Notes under the pieces: generated by a model | The model's input: the letters and a program-made list of their open reading frames with translations, nothing else | Told to the model about the DNA's origin: nothing | The model's database searches: none | Shown: in pieces, positions 11,662 to 20,100 of the stretch | Layout: the number at the start of each line of letters is the position of its first letter | How positions within the stretch are numbered: position 1 is the first letter of the stretch | Assembly: GCA_033763905.1 (NCBI GenBank) | Contig: JANRJP010000112.1 | Location: forward strand, 1-25,419 | DNA: 25,419 nucleotides | Direction of reading: 5' to 3' | Source: Gemmatimonadaceae bacterium | GTDB lineage: Bacteria; Gemmatimonadota; Gemmatimonadetes; Gemmatimonadales; Gemmatimonadaceae | Translations under genes and position numbers: made by a program

Positions 11662-13475
11662 TCGCACTGCGGCGTCGCGCGCTGCTTGCTGATCGTCACC
11701 GAGGCGCCGGCCTTGACCTCGGCGCGGCCCCGGGCGTCAATGCAGCCCGGCTTGGTGATCGACCAGTTCACGACGCCAGCCGAGACCGGCACCGTCCGCG
11801 GCGCACTGCCGATGCTGCCCTTCGATTCGCCGTTGACGAAGAGCGTCGCGCCGTCCGCCGACCCGCCGAAGACCAGCGCGGTCCCCGTGGCCTTGGCGCC
11901 ACCGCCGCGCAGCAGCTCGCGCTCATCGACTTCGGGCTCGGGGGCCGGCGCGGCCTCCGCGGCCGCGGGCTTCTTGGCGTCCTTTGCAGCAACCTTCTTC
12001 GCCGGCGTCTTGGTGGGCGCAGGCTCGACCGGCTTGCTGTCGACGGCCGGCGGCGGCGTGGGCCCCGCAGGCGTCGCCGTCACCGGCGGTGTCGCGGCGG
12101 CCGCGGCAGCGGCGGCCGAATCGACCGACGCCGCGGCGGGCGGCGGCGCGACCGGCACGGTCGCTGCGACTTGCACCGCAGGCGCCGGGGCCCGGGCATC
12201 CTTCGGACGCAACACGAAGAACCAGAGCGCGCCGGCGGCCACGACCGCCGCACCGATGCCGCCGAAGATCACGCCGGAGTTGCCGCTCTTGGGCGTCGCT
12301 GGCGCGGGCGCCGGCGTCACCGGGTTGATGACCGGGGTGGGCGTCGGCGCCACCGGTGCCGCCTCGGCCACCGCGGGGTTCGCCCGCGGCGTCGGCTTGT
12401 TGACCGGCATCGGCGAGAGCGGCACGCTCATCTGCGGCCGCTGCATAATGCCGGTCTTCACGATGCTGATCAGCTGCGACTTGACCGGATGCGACTCGGG
12501 CAGCGCCCGTGCGTCCATCGACGCGATGACCGCGGCCATATCCTCGAAGCGATCGGCGATCGGCTTCGAGAGCATCTTCATCACCGTGTCGGCAACCGAC
12601 GGCGGCAGATCGTTGCGCTCGACGGTGATCGGCGGCGGGGCTTCGAGCAGGTGCCCCTTCATGATGGTCATGATCGAGTCACCACCGAACGGCGTATGTC
12701 CGGTGAGCATCTCGTACGCGACGACCCCAAGGGAGTATTGGTCCGCGGCGCCGGTGATGTTCTTGCCCTCGTACTGCTCGGGCGACATATACGCTGGCGT
12801 GCCGACGGTGGAGCCCGTCATCGTGAGCCCCTTCGCCTCCTGCACCTTCGCGATGCCGAAGTCGGTCACGATCGCGTGACCGTCCTCGTCGATCATGATG
12901 TTGGCCGGCTTGATGTCGCGATGCACGATGCCGCGCTTGTGCGCGTACTGCAGCGCGCCGGCCACTTGGCTCAGGATCGTCGTGGCCATCTCCGTCGGCA
13001 GCGGTCCGACTTCCTTGATGATCGCGTCGAGGGGGCGCCCCTCTATGTACTTCATCACGAAGAAGACGAGCTTCGCGGTCTGCTTGACGGCGTAGATCGG
13101 GATGACGTTCGGATGCTGCAGATTGGCGGCGGTCTGCGCCTCGCGCTTGAAGCGCGCGATCGCGTCGTCGCCCATCAGCATCTGCGGGCTCATCACCTTG
13201 ATCGCGACCTTGCGATTCAGCGCGAGATCGAGGGCCAGGTACACCGTGGCCATCCCGCCCTTGCCCAGCAAGCCGTAGATGTCGTACTCGCCGAGGGTGG
13301 CTTCCATCAGCAGCGGGAGGATCTCGTCCCGCTCGATCACCGCCGTCGCGCCCTGCTCCGAGGCCGCACGCGCGCCGACGCCGCCCGAGACGTCAGTGCC
13401 GCAACTCGAACAGAAGCGGGTCCCGGGGGTATACCCGGTACCGCACTTGGGACACGCGTAGGTGGTGGTCGTCAT
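11658..13475 (-). CDS. Membrane Hanks-type Ser/Thr kinase (zinc ribbon - kinase - TM - PEGA-like), paralog A
   Basis: CPKC..CSSC; GKGGMATVY, VAIK, HRDIKPANI, DFG, GTPAYMSPE; TM VIFGGIGAAVVAAGALWFFVL; C-term GATLFVNG...G..P PEGA-like. Confidence 0.95.
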   Translation of the reverse strand: MTTTTYACPKCGTGYTPGTRFCSSCGTDVSGGVGARAASEQGATAVIERDEILPLLMEATLGEYDIYGLLGKGGMATVYLALDLALNRKVAIKVMSPQMLMGDDAIARFKREAQTAANLQHPNVIPIYAVKQTAKLVFFVMKYIEGRPLDAIIKEVGPLPTEMATTILSQVAGALQYAHKRGIVHRDIKPANIMIDEDGHAIVTDFGIAKVQEAKGLTMTGSTVGTPAYMSPEQYEGKNITGAADQYSLGVVAYEMLTGHTPFGGDSIMTIMKGHLLEAPPPITVERNDLPPSVADTVMKMLSKPIADRFEDMAAVIASMDARALPESHPVKSQLISIVKTGIMQRPQMSVPLSPMPVNKPTPRANPAVAEAAPVAPTPTPVINPVTPAPAPATPKSGNSGVIFGGIGAAVVAAGALWFFVLRPKDARAPAPAVQVAATVPVAPPPAAASVDSAAAAAAAATPPVTATPAGPTPPPAVDSKPVEPAPTKTPAKKVAAKDAKKPAAAEAAPAPEPEVDERELLRGGGAKATGTALVFGGSADGATLFVNGESKGSIGSAPRTVPVSAGVVNWSITKPGCIDARGRAEVKAGASVTISKQRATPQCE

Positions 13476-13538
13476 AACGCCTCAGGCTGCGCAACAATCG
13501 TGGGGATGGTCCGACAACACCATCCCTGCCGTGCAGGA

Positions 13539-13567
13539 AACGTGCCGTGCTTGGCAGAATCGGTCAA
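13539..13567 (-). promoter_or_regulatory. Possible internal promoter for kinase A - FHA
   Basis: TTGACC-N17-CACGTT in the only sizeable gap of the cluster; the -10 is weak. Confidence 0.35.
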
Positions 13568-13569
13568 CC

Positions 13570-14205
13570 TTACCGGTTTCGTCCCCCAAACGAAAGCCCT
13601 ACGCCGAAGTTCATCACCCCGGCCTCTTCCGGGGCCTCGCCATTGGGGAAGATCGACACGTCGAAGCGCTCGCGCCGATACCCGACCTGGGCGAAGATCG
13701 GCAGGCGCGGCAGCTGGTAGAGCAGCGCCGTTTCTCCCTCGACGCCTCGCGACGACCGGACCCAGCCCGGCAGCCCGGAGCCCTGCAACGACCACACACC
13801 CACCATCGCGCGCAGCCCGCTGGATCCCAAGGGCACCGTGCTTCGGCCGCCGACCCGGATGTAGCTCAGTTGGTTCGTTCCGAGCGGCCCCGCGACGGCC
13901 CGTCGCGTGATGCCCAGCTCGGCGCTCAAAGCCTGAGGCCCGAGCACGGCGCGCACGTCGCCGTTCGCGAACGAGATCCCATCGGACAGATCCGCCCCGA
14001 AGACGCGCACGTGCACCCCGACGTAGCGCGCACGGGCGAGCACCTCCACCGTGCTCCCGCCTCCCGACAGCTCGGCGATCCCGGTGCCCACAGCGCTGTT
14101 GCGCACGGCGGGCGACGCCAGCCCGGTCACCCGCAGTTCGCCCTGTGCCGAGGCGGTCGCGGCGCAGCAGAGCCACGCGAACGGGACGATCAGGATCGAC
14201 TTCAC
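13570..14205 (-). CDS. Exported protein, probable small outer-membrane beta-barrel
   Basis: GTG start overlapping the upstream TGA; signal peptide KSILIVPFAWLCCAATASA-Q; alternating amphipathic strands (YVGVHVRVF, FAQVGYRRE, FGVGLSF). Confidence 0.65.
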   Translation of the reverse strand: MKSILIVPFAWLCCAATASAQGELRVTGLASPAVRNSAVGTGIAELSGGGSTVEVLARARYVGVHVRVFGADLSDGISFANGDVRAVLGPQALSAELGITRRAVAGPLGTNQLSYIRVGGRSTVPLGSSGLRAMVGVWSLQGSGLPGWVRSSRGVEGETALLYQLPRLPIFAQVGYRRERFDVSIFPNGEAPEEAGVMNFGVGLSFGGRNR

Positions 14206-15260
14206 GGCAGCGTCCTCACAGTGGCGGTCAGCGCGCCCAGTCGGCGCGCCTTTTCGGCGTTCACCTGCGCAACCTCGGCGTCGAACTCCCGCCGACGGCG
14301 TGCGTTGTCCGCCACGTTGTCCGGCAGCCGTCGACCACGATCGAGGAACATCGCGGTGGCGGCGCCGGCGGTCATCAGCGCCGCGACCCCCATCGCGCGG
14401 CCGTCGGCACTCGCCGCGCTGCGGACGGGGTCGGACGCACGCAGACCACTGGCGATCGCGATCGTCGCGCCACCCAGCACGGCGGCGAAGCCGAGGGCCT
14501 TGGCCTTGAGCGGCGGCGCGAATTCGGGCTTGAGTGCCGTGCTGTCGAAGACGGGCGCCTCCAACGGCTGCAGCGTATCCGCCACAACCGCCACAACAAA
14601 CGACCGCACTTCCGCGTCGCCCGCCGCGCGGGCGGCGAAGGTCACCTTCCACTCGCCGTCCGCCAGCAGCGGTCGGTCACCCTGGTAGACCGGGATGCGC
14701 ACTTCACCGCCCTTCCCTCGCGCGCGCGCGAGCTGGACCACGGTCCCACCGCGTTCGGCGACGAGCGAGAGATCGGCATCGATGGTGCTGCGGTACTGGA
14801 CGCGCCAGGTCCCGTCGCTGCCGGCGATGCGCTGCGCGCTGTCGGTCGTGATGCGGAACGAGAGTACGCGGCCCTTCGTCAGCGTCAGCAGCGAATCGAG
14901 CCCGCGCCACGAGATGGCCCGCGGCAGCGTGGCGTCGAGATCCAGCTTGACCAGTTGCCGCAGCGTCACGGCGGCGGAATCGGGGCGCGCCGCCTCGGGG
15001 TCGTTGGGAAACTGCGCCGCCGCGATAATGATCAGCGCATCGCGGCGCTGCTCGGCGGTGACCGAGGGCTGCTGCAATACCAGTCGGCAGATACTGATGG
15101 CACGCGCATACTCGAGGTCATCGAGGGCGAGTCGGGCCTGACCGATGATCTGCGCGACGCGGTCGGGCGACGTCTGTGCGACCGCTGGCACCGCGCCGAG
15201 CGCGATGCAGAGCAGCAGTGCGCGACCGGCCAGCGCCACGAGGGTCCTGCGGGGAGCCAT
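14202..15260 (-). CDS. Exported hypothetical protein (helical/TPR-like N-part, beta-rich middle, two C-terminal hydrophobic helices)
   Basis: ATG overlaps the kinase B stop (TAATG); signal peptide ending AVA-Q; ARLALDDLEYARAI TPR-like helix; GFAAVLGGATIAIASGL and AMGVAALMTAGAATAMFL. Confidence 0.75.
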   Translation of the reverse strand: MAPRRTLVALAGRALLLCIALGAVPAVAQTSPDRVAQIIGQARLALDDLEYARAISICRLVLQQPSVTAEQRRDALIIIAAAQFPNDPEAARPDSAAVTLRQLVKLDLDATLPRAISWRGLDSLLTLTKGRVLSFRITTDSAQRIAGSDGTWRVQYRSTIDADLSLVAERGGTVVQLARARGKGGEVRIPVYQGDRPLLADGEWKVTFAARAAGDAEVRSFVVAVVADTLQPLEAPVFDSTALKPEFAPPLKAKALGFAAVLGGATIAIASGLRASDPVRSAASADGRAMGVAALMTAGAATAMFLDRGRRLPDNVADNARRRREFDAEVAQVNAEKARRLGALTATVRTLP

Positions 15261-17161
15261 TACGGACATACCGGTGAGGCCTTCGACTTTCCAATGGTGA
15301 AGGTGGCATCGGCGTCGATCGTGAAGCTGCCGGTCGCGTCGACGCAGCCGTCCTTCTTCACGACGAATTGATGCACACCGGGCTTGAGCGAAATCGTGCG
15401 CGGCGCGGTGCCGAGCGTGCCGCGCGAGGTGCCGTCGATGATCAGCGTGGCGTCATCGACCGAGCTGGCGATCTTGAGCTTGCCTTCGGCGGCCGACGCC
15501 GACGCCGCCGTCGCTGCGGCAGGCGGCGGAGCAGCGCCCACCGATCCGCCGCTCGCTGGGGCGGCGGGCTTGTTGGCTACCGTTGGGTTGTTCGTCCGCC
15601 CCTGGCGCAACATCGCGAGCTCCGACATCTCGCTCTCGGCGGACGTCGTCGGCGCGGCGGTCGGCTTCGTCGCGGGCGGCTTCGCCGCAGGCTTCGTGGA
15701 TTCCTTGCGCGCGTTGGTGGCGGGGGGCTTGGTGGCGGCCACCACGGCCTTCGGCTCCTCCGCGCGCGGCGCTGGTTCGGCTGGTGCGGGCGTGTTCGCG
15801 CCCGTCGAGGTGACGGCGGTGGCCGCCGCCGCGGAGTCCCGTGCCACCGACGCCGGGGTAGGAGCGGCGGCCGGCGGCGTCGCGGCAACTGCGGCCGGAT
15901 CGATGCTCGGCGCGGCCGCCCCGCCCTTGAGGAAAAACCATCCCCCGCCCGCCGCAACCAAGGCGAGCGCGGCACCGGCGATCACGAGGCCGTTGCTCGT
16001 CTTCGGCGACGCGGCACTCGGGGCCGCGCCGGGCGTTGGGCGCGCCGCCGCGCTGCCGGCCGCGTTCGCCGCGGCGGGCTTCGGCGCCTTCGGGCTCGGA
16101 ATCGGCGACAGCGGCACGCTCATTCGCGGCCGCATCATCGCGCCGGTCTTGGCGAGCTCGACCAGCTGCGTTCGCGCCGGGTGCGAGTCGGCGAGAATCT
16201 TCGCGTCCAGTGCCGCCACGACCGCGGCCAGATCGGGGAACCGATCCTCGGCGCGCTTCTCGAGCATCCGCATTACCGTCGACGCGATGTGCGACGGGAG
16301 ATCTTGGCGGGCTTCCGTGATCGGCGGCGGCGGCTCGAGGAGATGCCCCTTCATCATCGTCATGATCGAGTCACCGCCGAACGGCGTGCGACCAGTCAGC
16401 ATCTCGTACGCCACGATGCCGAGCGAGTACTGGTCGGCGGCGCCAGCGATGTTCTTGCCCTCGTATTGCTCGGGCGACATGTACGCCGGCGTACCGACCG
16501 TCGCACCGGTCATCGTGAGGCCCTTGGCCTCCTGCACCTTCGCGATCCCGAAGTCAGTCACGATCGCTTGACCGTCTTCGTCGATCATGATGTTCGCCGG
16601 CTTGATGTCGCGATGCACGATGCCACGCTTGTGCGCGTACTGCAGCGCCCCGGCGACCTGCGAGAGGATCGACACCGTGGTCTCGACCGGCAGCATCCGA
16701 ACCTGCTTGATGATCGCGTCGAGCGGCTGGCCCTCGACGTACTTCATCACGAAGAAAACGAGCTTCGGCGTCTGCTTGACCGCGTGAATCGGAATGACGT
16801 GCGGATGCTGCAGGTTTGCCGCGGTCTGCGCCTCGCGGCGGAACCGCGCGATCGCGTCCTCACCCATCAGCATCTGCGGATTCATCACCTTGATCGCGAC
16901 CTTGCGATTCAACGCGATGTCGAGCGCCAGGTAGACCGTGGCCATCCCGCCACGTCCGAGCAGACCATAAATGTCGTACTCACCGAGCGTGGCTTCGATG
17001 ACGAGCGGAAGGAGCTCGTCCGTCTCGATGGCAGTGGTCGGCGCGTTGTCCGGCACGACCAGCCGAGGACCCAGAAGATCCGTACCGCAGGTCCCGCAGA
17101 AGCGGGTGCCGGCCGCGGCAGTGCTGCCGCACTTCGAGCAGGTGAGGGTGGTTGTCGACAT
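15260..17161 (-). CDS. Membrane Hanks-type Ser/Thr kinase (zinc ribbon - kinase - TM - PEGA-like), paralog B
   Basis: CSKC..CGTC; GRGGMATVY, HRDIKPANI, DFG, GTPAYMSPE; TM LVIAGAALALVAAGGGWFFL; C-term DATLIIDG...PG.H PEGA-like. Confidence 0.95.
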   Translation of the reverse strand: MSTTTLTCSKCGSTAAAGTRFCGTCGTDLLGPRLVVPDNAPTTAIETDELLPLVIEATLGEYDIYGLLGRGGMATVYLALDIALNRKVAIKVMNPQMLMGEDAIARFRREAQTAANLQHPHVIPIHAVKQTPKLVFFVMKYVEGQPLDAIIKQVRMLPVETTVSILSQVAGALQYAHKRGIVHRDIKPANIMIDEDGQAIVTDFGIAKVQEAKGLTMTGATVGTPAYMSPEQYEGKNIAGAADQYSLGIVAYEMLTGRTPFGGDSIMTMMKGHLLEPPPPITEARQDLPSHIASTVMRMLEKRAEDRFPDLAAVVAALDAKILADSHPARTQLVELAKTGAMMRPRMSVPLSPIPSPKAPKPAAANAAGSAAARPTPGAAPSAASPKTSNGLVIAGAALALVAAGGGWFFLKGGAAAPSIDPAAVAATPPAAAPTPASVARDSAAAATAVTSTGANTPAPAEPAPRAEEPKAVVAATKPPATNARKESTKPAAKPPATKPTAAPTTSAESEMSELAMLRQGRTNNPTVANKPAAPASGGSVGAAPPPAAATAASASAAEGKLKIASSVDDATLIIDGTSRGTLGTAPRTISLKPGVHQFVVKKDGCVDATGSFTIDADATFTIGKSKASPVCP

Positions 17162-17173
17162 CCGGACCCGCCG

Positions 17174-20100
17174 CTACGGCGAAATGGTGAAAGGCGTACT
17201 GGTCGATGCGGGCGGGTTCCCCGGCACGGTGGTCCCCGTGGTGACTCGCGCGCGGAGCTGGAATCCGGCCCCCGCGTTGTTCACCTGGAGCGCCGGGAAG
17301 GTCGCGCGTCCGTTCACGAGACTGACACTGGCACCGCCGATCAGCACGGTCGTTGGGCCGCCGATCGTCGCACCATCAGGCAGATCGAGTTCGATAGTCC
17401 CGGTGAGACCGTTGGTGCCGGTCGAAAGATTCGTCACGATATTGCCAATCGTATCCGTGACGGCCACAACGACCGGCGGCGCGATCACGGCGTTGCGAGC
17501 GGCATTGCTCGGCTGCTGCGTGAAGGCCAGCCGCGCCGCGGGGCCGAACTCGGCGACGGTCGGCGCGACATCGTACGCGGTTGCAAGCCCCGGGGACGTG
17601 ACGCGGATGCGGAGCCTGAGTGTCCCCGTGCCACCAGTCACGAGGAGACGCCACTGGTTGCTGGTTCCTGTCAACGACGTCGACACCGTGGTGGCATCGA
17701 ATGTCGCGGTCACGCCAGTTGGCAGTGGTGACCCATCCTCAAGCGTGACCGAAAGCGTGGCCGTGTTCTGCGTGCTTCGGATGTTGCCGAGCGAGTCCGC
17801 CGCATACACCACACCGCGAATCGGCTCGTTGCGCACGTAATCGTTCTTGACAAAGAGGCCAGGGAACACGTTGGTCACGGCACCCGCGACCACCGTGAAG
17901 CTCGGCGACCGTGCATCGCTGCGCCCGGTCGCGGAGAACCGCAAGTAATTGTACGCCACGTTGCTGCCGGCCGTCGACGTGCGCCGCGGCCGCAGCCCAG
18001 TGAAGGTCGCAATGCCGTTTACCGCCGGTACCCGCAGCACCGGCGGCTGAGTGCCCACACCGCCGATGAAGTTCGCGCTGTAGAAGTACGTCGTAGGGGT
18101 CGACGGATCAGGCACCAGAACCACGGTATCGGTCGCCGTGCGTACGACGTTGCCGTAGGCGTCGGTCACCGCGACGCGAATCGCCGGCCAGACCTGCCCG
18201 GCTTCGGTGGTCGGCAGCGAGTCAAGCACGACCAGGGCGGTCGGTGCGGCGGGGCTCACGGTCACCGCGGTCGGTGCCTGTGTACCGACCAACGAGCCGC
18301 TCGTGGCGAGCAGCACGAATCCCGTGTCGGCGCGCGTCAACGCCGCCGTCGGGAAGGTCGCGACCCCGTTGACGGCGGAGACCGTCACAGCTCCCGCGAG
18401 CGGAGCCCGATTGTCACGCACGCTCAGTGTGATTGGTGCCGTACTGGTCGTCACCCGGGCGCCTGAACTGTTGATGACTTCGACGGCGAGCGTCCCGGCG
18501 CTCCCAGCGAGTGTTGCGCCGGCCGACACGGAGGACGGCACGGTGTTCGTCACGAAGCGGAGCGCAATCGCGTCTGCGGTCCCAACCACGTTGAACGGCT
18601 GCGACGCGGCGGCATTCACGCCGGGCGTGGCGGCGAGCAATACGTATCCCGTGCCGACATTGTTGATTGACAGATTGGGGAAAGCGAGCAGTCCGCTTCC
18701 CGGCGCTTGCGTCGCGGACAACGTACCCGAGAGGAAACCAGCGCCCGGATTCGACGCGAGTGACAGCGTCACCACGCGACCTGCCGAGTCGGCCACGACG
18801 TTGCCAACCGAGTCACGGATCGCGACGCTAGGGGTCACCGTCATGACGGTCCCCGCGAGGAGCGACGCGGGCTGTTGCACGAACGCGAGGCTTTGCGCGG
18901 CGGAGTAGCGCGCCACGGTGATCACGACCGAGTCGGCGATTGGTGCGATCACGCCCGAAATGCCGGTCTGAAGCACAATTCGACCGGACGAGTCTGGCCT
19001 GAGGTCGCTAAAGGTCGCGACAGCGAGCGTGTCGAACACCGCTGTCTGACGAATCAGCGTCCCCGACACCCGGCCCGCGAGGGAGACCGAGGTGCCCGTG
19101 AACGAGACGGCTGTACCGAGGGAATCCACCGGTACCAGGCGAATCGGCGCCAGCGCGCCGCCACGAACGCCCGTACTTGGCGCCGACAGCACCGCGGCGC
19201 GGACCGCAGGACCGAAGATGCTGAATGGCGCGGAGGTGTCCGGCGCCAATCCTTGCGCCGAGACAACCAAACGGTAGTCGCGACCGGGCGTCTCGATCAC
19301 TAACCGGCCCGAGGCGACGCCGGACGTGGTGGTGAGCGCCCCACGCAACACCGCACCTGGCGTGCCGCCAATGACCGTCACCTGCACCGGACGAGACACC
19401 GTGTCGATGAAGTTGTTGCTCGCGTCGTACACACGCGCGGAGACACCGAAGTCCCACGTTTGGAAGTAACGCCCCCTCGGCTGCGCCTCGATATCGAGGC
19501 GCGCGGGCAGTCCCGCGCGAAGGACCACCGGCGCCGACGTGTCCACCGCAGTGTACGACCGCGTGATACCACGCCCGAAGTAGCGCACCGAAGTTCCCGG
19601 CGTACCAAACGCGTGTACAGAATCGAAGGTCGCCAAGCCATTGACCAGCGCCTTCCGAATCGTGCGTGTTCCGTCGTAGTTCACACCGAACGGCACTGCC
19701 GAGAACGTCACGGAATCCGTGGAGGTTGTGACGGTGTTCCCGCCAGAGTCGGCGGCAGCCAGCACGAGTGAAGGCGTCGCGAGCCCGCCCGCCACCTGCT
19801 CGGTCGGCGCCGACACAATCCGCAATCGCGTCACAGGCCCGACGTTCACGCGGAAGCTTGGGGTCGAGTCGGGCGTCACCCCGGCCGCGTTCGTCGTCGC
19901 AATGAGCCGCAGACCAGTGTCCGCGCGCGCGATCGTCAACGTCGGGAAGCTTGCGACGCCGTTCACCGCCGCGACGCGCGACGTCCCCGAGAGCGCGGCC
20001 CCCGTTGGCCCTCGAAGGCTCACGAAGACGGAATCGCTGCGCGAGGACACCGTCGTTCCGACGGAATCGATGATCGATACGCGGAAGACGGGCGAGAACC

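Noticed and set aside
14206..14652. Longer 360-aa version of the beta-barrel-like ORF
   Set aside because: Overlaps the upstream gene; the signal peptide begins at GTG 14205
11658..17161. Diversity-generating retroelement template/variable repeat pair
   Set aside because: Differences are mostly synonymous and not adenine-specific; no reverse transcriptase in the window
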